From an uncultured Prevotella sp. (lineage in GTDB: Bacteria; Bacteroidota; Bacteroidia; Bacteroidales; Bacteroidaceae): DNA of 64,000 nucleotides. The stretch is taken from NCBI GenBank assembly GCA_945833995.1, contig CAMAGM010000002.1:1301-65300 (forward strand). The letters run 5' to 3'. Positions 52,459-64,000 of this stretch are shown piece after piece. The position numbers and the translations under genes were made by a program. Every line of letters starts with the position of its first letter. Position 1 is the first letter of the stretch. The notes under the pieces were generated by a model that worked only from the letters and a program-made list of their open reading frames with translations, did no database searches and was not told the DNA's origin.

Positions 52459-53405
52459 CATCTTCTTCCCATGCGCACGCCACCACCAGAGCTTCTGAAA
52501 CTGCCGCCGCCACCGCCGCTATTGAATGAGCGGTTTGAGCCGCTGTTGAACGAGCCAGAGCTGCTGCTGCGGTTGAACGAGCCGCTGTTGAAGCTGTTCT
52601 GTCTTGTCTCGTTGGAGCGCGTTGCGTTGTAGCGTTGTGTGTCGGTGGTGTTGAATCGCTGCCTTATGCTCTCCGAGCGCGATGTGTTGCGGGAAATGTT
52701 GTTGCTGCGGTCGCGGTTGGCAATGTTCCTGCCTACGCTTCGGCTGTTCACATTGTCGAGACGAAGGCTCGCACGGTCGTAGCGTGTGTTTACAAAGCGG
52801 TCACGCTCGCCATAGTAGCCACGTCCACCGCCGCCAACATAAATGGGATAGTATGGGTAGTAGCCTCCCCAACCATAGTACCATGGGTCGTACCAGCCGC
52901 CCCAACCGTAGTAGCCATGCCAGCCATAATAGCTGTGCCAGCCGCAGTACCATGGGTCATACCAGCCGCCATACCAGCTGCCGTAGTACCAAGGGTCGTA
53001 GAACGAGCTCCAACCATACCAGCGGTTGAAGCGTCCATCGGTGTAGCCATACCAGTATGCCTCGCGGTAGTCGTCGTCCCAGCGGCTCATCTTGCGTGTG
53101 CATTTGTAGTCGTCCTCTGCGAGAGCAGCGAGCGAGTCGGGATATTCTCCACGCACAGCGTCGAACTTTATCACGTCGTTGCCCACCGAGTCGCCGTCTA
53201 TTGGCTCCACCGTGCTGCGCAGGCGGCGGTTGTATTCGTCAACGTCGCGCGTGCTGCCGCAGTAGTAAGTGTCCTTGGGAATGCCATATTTCTCCGAGGT
53301 CTTCTTCACGTTAGCTTTTGTAGGCACGAAGTATAAGTCGTCTTGGGCTGCCACGGTGAGTGGTAGGACTAAAGTAACCATCGCGATGATAATGAGTTTT
53401 TTCAT
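52458..53405 (-). CDS. Secreted low-complexity Tyr/Trp/Gly-rich protein with Arg/Ser/Gly tail
   Basis: Signal peptide, DDLY and DVDEYNRR motifs, YDPWY three times. Confidence 0.8.
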   Translation of the reverse strand: MKKLIIIAMVTLVLPLTVAAQDDLYFVPTKANVKKTSEKYGIPKDTYYCGSTRDVDEYNRRLRSTVEPIDGDSVGNDVIKFDAVRGEYPDSLAALAEDDYKCTRKMSRWDDDYREAYWYGYTDGRFNRWYGWSSFYDPWYYGSWYGGWYDPWYCGWHSYYGWHGYYGWGGWYDPWYYGWGGYYPYYPIYVGGGGRGYYGERDRFVNTRYDRASLRLDNVNSRSVGRNIANRDRSNNISRNTSRSESIRQRFNTTDTQRYNATRSNETRQNSFNSGSFNRSSSSGSFNSGSNRSFNSGGGGGSFRSSGGGVRMGRR

Positions 53406-53584
53406 AGTTTCTCCTTCTTTTATTAATATAATGATGTGCAAACTTACGCTTTTTTTTTGAAAGTTACTACTATTGATGGCACAAATAGTGTTAAATTCAT
53501 TATAAATTAACCTTTTGCCATACGGTTATGTTTGCTTTCCCAAAAAAATATAATACTTTTGCACCGATATTTAACTTTTACACA

Positions 53585-54412
53585 ATGATATACTATCCGA
53601 TAGCAAAGATCAACCTCGGTCTCAACGTGGTGGGCAAGCGCAGTGATGGCTACCACAACTTGGAGACGGTTTTCTATCCGGTGCAGATAAAGGATGCACT
53701 CGAGGTCTATCCCATGGACGAGGGATTTCCCTCTGCCGTTGACTGCGACCTTAAGGTTACGAACGCCAGTTTTGACTGCGACGAGCAGCAGAATCTCGTG
53801 GTGAGGGCTTACCGCCAACTTGCCACCATCTATGCTTTGCCGCGCGTGCATGCCCATCTGTTCAAGGCGATACCCTCGCAGGCTGGCTTGGGCGGAGGCT
53901 CAAGCGACTGTGCCTATATGATAATGGCTCTTGCCAAGCTGTTCGAACTGCCTATGACAGAGACAGAGATGATTTACCATGCCTCGAAACTTGGTGCCGA
54001 CTGTGCCTTCTTTATCAAAGGCACGCCATGCTATGCTGAGGGCATTGGTGAGCAGCTTACGCCAATCAGCCTCTCGCTCAAGGGCTGCCATCTCGTCTTG
54101 GTGCATCCCAACATTCCTGTGTCCACGCGTGAGGCATTCTCGCTCATCGAGCCACGGCCCACGGTGAGGAAATGCAGGGAGATAGTGTCGCAGCCCATCG
54201 GAACATGGCGCGACCAGCTTACCAACGATTTCGAGAAGAGCGTGTTTGCCCTTCATCCTGAAATAGGGGAAATAAAGGAGGAACTCTATAGAAGGGGAGC
54301 TGACTACGCAGCCATGAGCGGCAGTGGCAGCAGTGTGTTCGGCATCTTCAAGGAAGAAACCGATCTAAGACAAGTGTTTGAGGGAATGGAAGTTATGCAG
54401 GTTGCCTTATAG
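53585..54412 (+). CDS. ispE: 4-diphosphocytidyl-2C-methyl-D-erythritol kinase
   Basis: AKINLGL, IPSQAGLGGGSSD and MSGSGS motifs. Confidence 0.96.
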   Translation: MIYYPIAKINLGLNVVGKRSDGYHNLETVFYPVQIKDALEVYPMDEGFPSAVDCDLKVTNASFDCDEQQNLVVRAYRQLATIYALPRVHAHLFKAIPSQAGLGGGSSDCAYMIMALAKLFELPMTETEMIYHASKLGADCAFFIKGTPCYAEGIGEQLTPISLSLKGCHLVLVHPNIPVSTREAFSLIEPRPTVRKCREIVSQPIGTWRDQLTNDFEKSVFALHPEIGEIKEELYRRGADYAAMSGSGSSVFGIFKEETDLRQVFEGMEVMQVAL

Positions 54413-55462
54413 GGCAATCTGCATGAATACGGGAACGTGGTCTGAGTAGGTGAGGGGCAGCTTATAGTAGTTGATGCCCTGCAGTTGCTTGTCGTGGAAG
54501 ATGTAGTCTATGCGCACTGGCTTGTTGCCACGGTAGGTGCTCATCCAGCCACTGCCGCACTCCTTGAATCCATCCACCATGTTTCCGAGCATGGTGTTAT
54601 AGACGTAGGAGTATGGGACGTCGTTGAAGTCGCCACAGACGATGCAAGGATGGTTGCTATTGCGCACCTCGTTAGCCACCATTGCCGCCTGTCCGGCACG
54701 AATTATCATTCCGAGCGTATAGTTTCCGTAGATAGCGTTTATCAGTGCGTTTGTCTCAACGGTTTGTCCGCGCATAACCATCTTTCCTGCCTGGTGCATG
54801 GTGCGGTTGAATCCCGTTGTCTCAAGATGTGCGTTGAACACGCGTATCATCTTTCCGTTTATCTCCACGTCAGCCCACATGGCGCTGTTGTTGGTCTGCT
54901 CGAAAGGCATGTTCTTCGATGCCCTGATGGGATAGCGGCTGAAGACTATCATGTCGGCGTTTCCCCTTGCGTTGTAGGGGAAATAATCCTTATAGATGTC
55001 TATGTTTTTCTTGTCGCCCACCTCGTCGTTGTACTCCTGAAGGCAGAGCACATCGACTTTCTGCTTCTTCATCTCTGCAAGTATGTCGTGGGTGATGAAG
55101 GTTACTGCCTCACGTCCGAAACGCGCCACGTTGTAGGAAGCTATCTTAAGCGATCTCTGGCCTGGATCCTCGTCGGCTGATGGGCGCAACTGGTACATCG
55201 TGCCTATGTAGGGAATGCAGCACAACACCGTCACCACTGGCAGTGAGGTCCAAATCCATTGTCTCATAACCAACCAATAGACAAGCATGACGAGGTTGGC
55301 TGCAATGAGCAACGGAAGGGCATAGACCAACATTGCCGAAGCTGTGTGGCCCACGGGATTGCTGTCACCGCCAAACAGTCCGACGAAAGTGAATATCGAG
55401 AGGACAATCTGCACGATGAGGAACATCAGCGAGAAATATCTTTTAACGGCGCGTTTTCCCAT
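54407..55462 (-). CDS. Membrane-anchored endonuclease/exonuclease/phosphatase family protein
   Basis: Three N-terminal TM helices; SYNV, LQE, GDFND and SDH motifs. Confidence 0.88.
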   Translation of the reverse strand: MGKRAVKRYFSLMFLIVQIVLSIFTFVGLFGGDSNPVGHTASAMLVYALPLLIAANLVMLVYWLVMRQWIWTSLPVVTVLCCIPYIGTMYQLRPSADEDPGQRSLKIASYNVARFGREAVTFITHDILAEMKKQKVDVLCLQEYNDEVGDKKNIDIYKDYFPYNARGNADMIVFSRYPIRASKNMPFEQTNNSAMWADVEINGKMIRVFNAHLETTGFNRTMHQAGKMVMRGQTVETNALINAIYGNYTLGMIIRAGQAAMVANEVRNSNHPCIVCGDFNDVPYSYVYNTMLGNMVDGFKECGSGWMSTYRGNKPVRIDYIFHDKQLQGINYYKLPLTYSDHVPVFMQIAL

Positions 55463-55472
55463 CTTACCTTGT

Positions 55473-56729
55473 TTATTTCTTAGACGTATATTTTTCGAGT
55501 ATGCTCAAGAGTTCCTCCACCTTGAATGGCTTTGCTATGAAGTCGTCGCAACCGGCATCGGCTGCCATCTTGCGAGTGTCGCTCAAGGCGTAGGCACTGA
55601 GTGCCAATACAGGCACATTGGGGTTCACCTCCTTAATGATGCGCGTAGCGTCTATTCCATCCATGTCTGGCATACGAATGTCCATGAGTATGAGGTCGGG
55701 ATGCTCGTCCTCGTTCATCGTCACAGCCTCCACGCCGTTGCGTGCCCTGATGAGGCGGTAGCGGTTGGCGAGCACGTTCTTCACCAGTTCGTAGTTGCAC
55801 TCCTCGTCCTCAGCCACAAGAATGAGCTTCAGCTTGCTTGTGTCGCCCACTGGGGCTGTACGGAGTGTGCGTGTGATTATTGGGTTTGTCTTTGTTGTCT
55901 CGCGTGTCGCATACATTCCGTCAAATGGGAATGAGAAAGTGAACGTAGAGCCCTTGCCAAGCGTAGAGTTTACGCTTATCCTACCTCCAAGTTTCTCAAC
56001 GATAATCTTGCTCAACGGCAAGCCAAGTCCGAAGCCCTTCTGCACCTCGGCGTCTTTCGATACGTAGGTGTGGAATATTGCCTCAATATCCTCTGGTGCG
56101 ATGCCCGAGCCAGTGTCGCTCACGAAACAGATTATCTTGTTTCTTGCCTCGTCAACCCTGTAGCCGTAGGTGATGCCGCCTTTCAGCGTGTGTTTCAGCG
56201 CGTTGCTTATGAGGTTGCTGAACACCTGTGTCAGACGGTTGGCGTCGGTCTTCAGCAGTACTGCCTTTGATGGTAGGTCAGCCTTGAACTGCAGGTTCTC
56301 AGGACAGCGGAACTTGAATATCTGCTTGATGTTCTCGCAAATCTCGTTGAGGTTGCAGAGTGATATTTTCATTGAGAGTTCTCCTGCCTCAACCCTTGAA
56401 AGATCGAGGATCTCGTTGATGAGGGAGAGGAGGCGGCTGTTGTTGCTCTCCACGATTTCGAGGAACTTCATTCGCTCCACCGCCGAGTCGGTCTCTGCAA
56501 TGACTCTTGTGAAACCTTCTATTGCGTTGAGAGGTGTTCTTATCTCATGACTCATGTTGGCAAGGAAGAGCGATTTCATCTTGCTCGCCTTCTCTGCCTT
56601 CTGAATCTTTGCTTCATAGTCTTTCAGCTTTTCAAGTGCATCATCGCGCTCCCTTGAAGCGACTGCAACCGCCTTGCGCAGTTGCTCTATTTCTGCCTTT
56701 AGCTGCTGGATAGTTTCTCCTTGACTCAT
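55473..56729 (-). CDS. Hybrid HisKA-HATPase-REC kinase without sensor domain
   Basis: SHEIRTPL, GFGLGL, AEDE and DIRMP motifs. Confidence 0.92.
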   Translation of the reverse strand: MSQGETIQQLKAEIEQLRKAVAVASRERDDALEKLKDYEAKIQKAEKASKMKSLFLANMSHEIRTPLNAIEGFTRVIAETDSAVERMKFLEIVESNNSRLLSLINEILDLSRVEAGELSMKISLCNLNEICENIKQIFKFRCPENLQFKADLPSKAVLLKTDANRLTQVFSNLISNALKHTLKGGITYGYRVDEARNKIICFVSDTGSGIAPEDIEAIFHTYVSKDAEVQKGFGLGLPLSKIIVEKLGGRISVNSTLGKGSTFTFSFPFDGMYATRETTKTNPIITRTLRTAPVGDTSKLKLILVAEDEECNYELVKNVLANRYRLIRARNGVEAVTMNEDEHPDLILMDIRMPDMDGIDATRIIKEVNPNVPVLALSAYALSDTRKMAADAGCDDFIAKPFKVEELLSILEKYTSKK

Positions 56730-56808
56730 ACCCTATTCATTTGATTGTTTTATATCGGGGCAAAGATACGAAAAATTTATCAAAACTCCGATTTTCTTTA
56801 ACGTTTTT

Positions 56809-57975
56809 TCAACCTCTTCTTGCTTTTTCCCACGTTCCGTTATGTTTTTTTGCCAAATATGCTATTCCACTGAACATATTTACATTCATAAACAGGAAAT
56901 AGTAGGGCACGTAGAGCAGCTTGTTCTTGTGTCCCTTGGCTTCGAGAATATAGCCTGCCAAGGCAGAGAGATAGAACGCTGTCTGCAATATCCAAATCAC
57001 GGTATATACCGCGCCGGCGTTGGTCAGCACGAGCCATACGTTAAGCGGAACGAGGGCAATGAGTGCGAATGGGGTGATTGTCCAGCGGAGCACTCGGTGC
57101 GACACGAACTGGAATGCCACGAGCGTATGCCTCAGAGGGTTCATCAGTCGGCGCAGTCGCCAGCAACTCTGTAGTCCTCCTGCCGCTATTCGCCTCTTTC
57201 GCTTGCTTTCCTCCCTGATGTCTGCCGAGCCATATTCCATGGCGTAGGCATCGCTTGCGTAGGCTATGGTGTAGCCGCGCTCCACAATGCGCATAGAGAG
57301 TATGAAGTCGTCGAGAAGCGTGTCGTCTGGCATATCCTCAAACAGTTTTGTCCTTATGGCGCACAGTTCTCCTGCCGCGCCCATTGCCGAGTGTAGTTCA
57401 GAGTCGAGCCGCTTAAGGAAACTCTCATATTTCCAGTACATTCCCTCGCCCTCGGCAGCCGCCTGTCCGTCGTTGCGTGCCATCACTCGTTTCTCTCCTG
57501 CCACGCATCCCACTTTTGGGTCGCGCATCTTCTCCACTATCACCCTTATGGCTTCCTTGTTCAGCATGGTGTTGGCGTCGGTCATCACCACGATGTCTGT
57601 CTTTACCTCCTTTATTCCGTGTTTCAGTGCTGCTGTCTTTCCCTTCCTCTCAGGCGTGAAGGCAATGGTCACGTCGTCGTGTTCGGCAAGCAGTTTGTTT
57701 GTCGAGTCGTCGCTCCCGTCTGTCACCCAGAGAATATGTAGCTTGTCTTTTGGATAGTCCAGTGCGTGGGTGTTAGCCATTTTCGCCTCCACGATTTCCT
57801 CCTCGTTGTAGGCGCAAATCATCATTGTCACGTCTGGCGTGTTGCCATCGTCAGGCATTCCCACCTCTTTGTGGCACACCAACCGTTTCATCCTTACGGC
57901 CAAAAAAAGCACTATTCCGTAGCCAATGTATGTGTAGAACACGAGGAATATGCAGATCCAAAAGATTGTTGTCAT
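56809..57975 (-). CDS. Glycosyltransferase family 2 (membrane)
   Basis: AYNEE, DGSDD, TDAN and DD..RRRI motifs; start MTTIF. Confidence 0.9.
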   Translation of the reverse strand: MTTIFWICIFLVFYTYIGYGIVLFLAVRMKRLVCHKEVGMPDDGNTPDVTMMICAYNEEEIVEAKMANTHALDYPKDKLHILWVTDGSDDSTNKLLAEHDDVTIAFTPERKGKTAALKHGIKEVKTDIVVMTDANTMLNKEAIRVIVEKMRDPKVGCVAGEKRVMARNDGQAAAEGEGMYWKYESFLKRLDSELHSAMGAAGELCAIRTKLFEDMPDDTLLDDFILSMRIVERGYTIAYASDAYAMEYGSADIREESKRKRRIAAGGLQSCWRLRRLMNPLRHTLVAFQFVSHRVLRWTITPFALIALVPLNVWLVLTNAGAVYTVIWILQTAFYLSALAGYILEAKGHKNKLLYVPYYFLFMNVNMFSGIAYLAKKHNGTWEKARRG

Positions 57976-57982
57976 AGTTTTT

Positions 57983-58098
57983 TTATTAGAGGAGTGAGGA
58001 GAGAGGAGTGAGGAGAGAGAATTGTGTGAGCCTGGATTTATTGTAAATAGCCACGCTTTTACTAATATCACTCCTCACTCCTCTCTCCTCATTAATAA
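57983..58098. repeat. Palindromic heptamer element (GAGGAGT)n - core - (ACTCCTC)n
   Basis: Four left units, three right units and a core of about 50 bp. Confidence 0.9.
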
Positions 58099-58099
58099 T

Positions 58100-59674
58100 T
58101 CACTTGGTCTCAATTTCTTCTTTCATGTCTATGAAGTTTCCATCGCGGTCATAGAACTCGTATTGCAGGAAAGCGAGCTTCTGCGATGCAGTTACAGATA
58201 CGCCGACACCGTATTTCATCTGCCATTTGCGTTTCAGCGAGAACAAACCTTGGTTGATGTAGGCTGCAACGTAGGGATGGACATGCAGACGGAACTTCTT
58301 GATGCCAATCTTGTTGACCAATTGGTCAATCTTGCTCTCAAGTTGGTCGGTGAACAATATGCTCGACTTTATCTTTCCTCGTCCGAAGCACGTTGGGCAC
58401 GTCTCCTCCACATTGACGTCCATTGCTGGCCTTACACGCTGACGGGTTATCTGCATCAGTCCAAACTTGCTAAGTGGCAAGATGTTGTGCCGTGCGCGGT
58501 CTTTCTGCATGTTCTTGCACATGCGCTCGTAGAGCATCTGTCGGTCCTCGGCAAGATTCATGTCTATGAAATCCACTACGATGATTCCTCCCATGTCTCG
58601 CAGTCTTAGCTGGCGTGCCAGTTCGTCGGCAGCGCCGAGATTCACTTCCAAGGCATTCTGTTCCTGTCCGTTTTCCGATCGTGTGCGGTTACCGCTGTTG
58701 ACATCAACGACGTGTAGGGCTTCAGTGTGCTCGATGATAAGGTAGGCTCCACGTTTGTAGTTCACTGTCTTTCCAAACGATGACTTCATCTGTTTCGTCA
58801 CGTTGAAGTTGTCGAAAATGGGTACCGTGCCGTTGTACTTCTTTACAATCTCCACCTTTTCGGGGGCAATCAGTGAGATGTAGTCCCTCACCTGTTTGCA
58901 AATCTCGTCGTCGTTGATGTGTATTCCGTCGTATGTCGGGTTGAACAAGTCCCTGAGCAGTGCCACTGCGCGGCTTGTCTCTTCAAATACGATTTGTGGG
59001 CGTGTTGTAGTCTTCTGCACCTGCTGTATGGCGTTTTCCCATCTTTTCAGCAGGATTTTCATCTCTGCGTCCAGCTCAGCCACTCGCTTGCCTTCGGCAG
59101 AGGTTCTTACTATCACTCCGAAGTTCTTTGGCGTGATGCTCTGTATGAGCTGCTTCAGACGTGCCCTCTCTTCTCCTTTCTTGATTTTCGACGATACCGA
59201 GACTTTGTCTCCGAACGGCATCAGCACCATGTATCTTCCTGCGAAGCTTAGCTCGCACGTCAGTCGTGGTCCTTTTGTCGATATTGGTTCCTTAACTATT
59301 TGCACCAGCACTTCCTGTCCCACCTTCAGCGTTGTCTGCACGCTGCCGTCCTTCTTCAGGTCGGGCATCCGTGATGCCTTGGAGAACGGGAAGAGCTTTT
59401 TCCTGTCGCTTTGTACCTGTTTCAGGTACTTCTCGAAAGAACTGTATTGAGACCCCAAATCAAGATAATGCAGGAACGCGTCACGCTCATAACCTACGTC
59501 AACGAAACACGCGTTCAGGCCTGGCATCAGTTTCTTCACCTTTGCCACATAGATGTTTCCCACCGAGAATGATGCCGACCTTGGCTCGTCCTGGTATTCC
59601 ACCAGGCTTTTGTCCTCGAGCAAGGCAATCGAGATTTTCTTCGGTTGCACATCGATGATAACTTCGCTTGTCAT
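58100..59674 (-). CDS. rng: Ribonuclease E/G family
   Basis: S1 domain; DVNSG, LRDMGGIIVVDFIDM and CPTCFG motifs. Confidence 0.93.
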   Translation of the reverse strand: MTSEVIIDVQPKKISIALLEDKSLVEYQDEPRSASFSVGNIYVAKVKKLMPGLNACFVDVGYERDAFLHYLDLGSQYSSFEKYLKQVQSDRKKLFPFSKASRMPDLKKDGSVQTTLKVGQEVLVQIVKEPISTKGPRLTCELSFAGRYMVLMPFGDKVSVSSKIKKGEERARLKQLIQSITPKNFGVIVRTSAEGKRVAELDAEMKILLKRWENAIQQVQKTTTRPQIVFEETSRAVALLRDLFNPTYDGIHINDDEICKQVRDYISLIAPEKVEIVKKYNGTVPIFDNFNVTKQMKSSFGKTVNYKRGAYLIIEHTEALHVVDVNSGNRTRSENGQEQNALEVNLGAADELARQLRLRDMGGIIVVDFIDMNLAEDRQMLYERMCKNMQKDRARHNILPLSKFGLMQITRQRVRPAMDVNVEETCPTCFGRGKIKSSILFTDQLESKIDQLVNKIGIKKFRLHVHPYVAAYINQGLFSLKRKWQMKYGVGVSVTASQKLAFLQYEFYDRDGNFIDMKEEIETK

Positions 59675-59837
59675 TTCTGTTTTAGGGTTTTCAATTGTTG
59701 TTTGATACAAAAAGGGTGCGCTGACTCATCTCTCTCTTCAATAGTTTGGGATTTGTCAGCACACTCCTCTCATCTTTTTCTCAGAACAGACCAAGGCAAG
59801 GCTGTGTTGCCTGTCTGTGGGCAAGAAAGGGTTTGGC

Positions 59838-59927
59838 TTACTTGCTCTTATGTCTGTTCTTTCTCAGTCTCTTTTTACGCTTGTGAGTAGCCATCTTGTG
59901 GCCCTTCTTCTTCTTTCCGTTTGGCAT
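59838..59927 (-). CDS. Small basic protein, bS22-like (AURKAIP1/COX24-type) ribosomal protein
   Basis: Manual translation MPNGKKKKGHKMATHKRKKRLRKNRHKSK*; below the ORF-track length cutoff. Confidence 0.8.
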   Translation of the reverse strand: MPNGKKKKGHKMATHKRKKRLRKNRHKSK

Positions 59928-59962
59928 TGCTTAAGAAATTTTAGATTATAATTAAATGTTTA

Positions 59963-60238
59963 TTACTGCATTTTAGCGACAAAGCTCTTTGAGGGCTTGA
60001 AGGCTGGGAAGTCGTGTGCCTCAATGATTATTGTCGTCTGCTTTGAAATGTTGCGGGCTGTCTTCTGTGCGCGGTGCTTAACGATGAAGCTACCGAAACC
60101 ACGAAGATAAACGTCCTCTTTTCTTACTGCCAGGCTCTGTCTAACCTCTTCCATGAAGGCCTCTACAGTTGCTGAGACAGCTTTCTTGTCAAGACCGGTG
60201 TCTGATGCAATACGGTCGATGATTTCTGCTTTTGTCAT
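59963..60238 (-). CDS. HU/IHF family DNA-binding protein
   Basis: MTKAEII, LRGFGSF, ARN and PAFKPS motifs. Confidence 0.95.
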   Translation of the reverse strand: MTKAEIIDRIASDTGLDKKAVSATVEAFMEEVRQSLAVRKEDVYLRGFGSFIVKHRAQKTARNISKQTTIIIEAHDFPAFKPSKSFVAKMQ

Positions 60239-60384
60239 TGTCTGTCAATATGAATTTGTTATATAATTTTATTTCATTGTTCCATTTCGGACTGCAAATA
60301 TACTGATTTTCAGTCATAAACGGAAATATATTTCGATTTTTTTTCAAAAAAAACAAAATATTGTGTCCGCAACACACTTTTTAT

Positions 60385-60441
60385 GACCGTTTTCGTGGCT
60401 TACACATATTATATAATATATGCGTGACCACGGAAACGGTC
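60385..60441. terminator. Long hairpin downstream of maeB
   Basis: GACCGTTTTCGTGG...CCACGGAAACGGTC. Confidence 0.6.
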
Positions 60442-60473
60442 TTTTATATGTGAAGGCTTGTGTAGCCTTTTTG

Positions 60474-62777
<2,304 letters not shown>

Positions 62778-62946
62778 ACGTTTTTACTATTGTTTTTGTT
62801 GTACTACTTAAACTCTCTTTTTTGTGTGAAAAACTAATATGTTTGCTTAGTTTTCTTTAAATTTGAGCGCAAAGTTACTAAAAATGTTCTAAAACGTGCA
62901 CTTTTTTTTAATTATTTAGTACCTTTGTACGCAAAAAGGTTACAAA

Positions 62947-63606
62947 ATGAACAGAATTAGATATAATACATCGTATAGAACGACCTTGAAGGACAAAATC
63001 CTGGACACGGCGAACTCCCTTTTCAACGAGAGGGGAGTGAAGGCTGTGAAGATGGACGACATCTCAAACAGCCTCTCCATTTCAAAGCGGACACTATACG
63101 AAATTTACGACAACAAGGAGGATTTACTCTTCGAATGTGTGAAAATCTCGTTCGAAAGGAGCGAGAGGGAATTGCACGAGCAGGTGGAGAATGCCGACAA
63201 CGTGATGGACACTCTCATTCGCATCTTCCGGCTGAAATTGCAGCAGTTGCGCAACACTCATCCATCGTTCTATTGTGAACTGGAGAAGTATCCCAAGATT
63301 CTGGAGTATTTCGAGCAAAAGAACGCCGACCGCCAGCAGCAGCAGATGGACTTCATTCGGCGGGGCATACGTGAGGGATATTTCCGCAGCGACGTGAACT
63401 ACGACCTCACGCTCAACCTTTTCGATGTATCAAACCGCTACATCATAAGCAACTACAGCGTACTCAACTATTCGATGGAACTCGTGTCATACAACATGAT
63501 TTTCGTCTTCCTCCGTGGCTTCTGCACACTTAAGGGAATAGAGATTCTCGACAAGTTTCTTGAGGACGACCCCGTGATGCAGAGCTTTAGGAAGAAATTG
63601 GAGTGA
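62947..63606 (+). CDS. TetR/AcrR family regulator
   Basis: HTH motif MDDIS..ISKRTLYE..NKEDL. Confidence 0.9.
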   Translation: MNRIRYNTSYRTTLKDKILDTANSLFNERGVKAVKMDDISNSLSISKRTLYEIYDNKEDLLFECVKISFERSERELHEQVENADNVMDTLIRIFRLKLQQLRNTHPSFYCELEKYPKILEYFEQKNADRQQQQMDFIRRGIREGYFRSDVNYDLTLNLFDVSNRYIISNYSVLNYSMELVSYNMIFVFLRGFCTLKGIEILDKFLEDDPVMQSFRKKLE

Positions 63607-63622
63607 ACAGTGAAGAGTGAAA
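63601..63622. repeat. Short (GTGAAGA)-type heptamer arm
   Basis: GAGTGAACAGTGAAGAGTGAAA; includes the TetR stop. Confidence 0.65.
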
Positions 63623-63641
63623 AAAGAAAAATGCAACAGAT

Positions 63642-64000
63642 ATGAAAAAAACACTAATTCTTATGACAGCACTACTGACTATGGCTGTGCAGTCGTTTGC
63701 CGCAAAGCTCGACCTAAAGAGCATCACGCGCGGCGAGTTTCGTGCCGAGTCGATGGCAAGTCTGAAACCACTCGACGACGGCGAGTCCTACTCGCAAGTG
63801 AGCAGCGACGGGACAAAAATCCTTAAATACTCATTCAAGACCGGAAAACAGACTGGGGTCATCTTCGACCTCAACAACGTGCGTGGACCGAAGATTCGCA
63901 TCGACCGCATAGATGGCTACATCTTCTCGCCCGATGGAAAGCGAATACTCATACAGACTGACACACGCTACATCTACCGACGCTCTTTCACCGCCACATA
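63642..64000 (+). CDS. Dipeptidyl-peptidase IV (S9B)-like, N-terminal part
   Basis: Manual translation MKKTLILMTALLTMAVQSFA...FSPDGKRILIQT...IYRRSF; runs off window. Confidence 0.8.
   Translation, partial: MKKTLILMTALLTMAVQSFAAKLDLKSITRGEFRAESMASLKPLDDGESYSQVSSDGTKILKYSFKTGKQTGVIFDLNNVRGPKIRIDRIDGYIFSPDGKRILIQTDTRYIYRRSFTAT

Noticed and set aside
57976-58071. N-terminal extension of the GT2 in the ORF track
   Set aside because: It is a translation of the repeat element from a non-ATG start. An ATG with an A-rich leader at 57975 is the better start.
63617-63826. 69-aa ORF in the track
   Set aside because: Overlaps the DPP-IV-like gene, which is in another frame and starts at 63642.

Overview
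Mostly housekeeping chromosome from a Bacteroidales bacterium, probably Prevotella-like (inferred from TAnnTTTG promoters and gene content). It carries about 55 CDS, including dnaB, metH, smpB, a TPP-riboswitch-led thi operon, clpB, fabD, carAB, purF, glmS, rpoZ, bamD, uvrB, ispE, RNase E/G, HU and maeB. It also has tRNA-Arg(CCG) and a 29-aa bS22-like ribosomal protein missing from the ORF track. I saw no CRISPR array, prophage or transposase. The most unusual signal is non-coding: about 20 small elements built from 7-, 8- or 9-mer tandem repeats of several unrelated sequence families, many arranged as purine-rich left arm, 6-60 bp core, complementary right arm. They sit almost always right at stop codons inside operons, including all six thi junctions. 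Several supply stop or start codons, and two appear to lie in-frame inside ClpB and an acyl-CoA ligase. There are also two MITE-like hairpin elements, a sigma-54-type promoter with direct repeats before clpB, a pho-box-like triplet before a phosphate-porin-like gene, and a HisKA-only membrane protein linked to two NCS2 permeases. All calls are by eye; no database searches were run.
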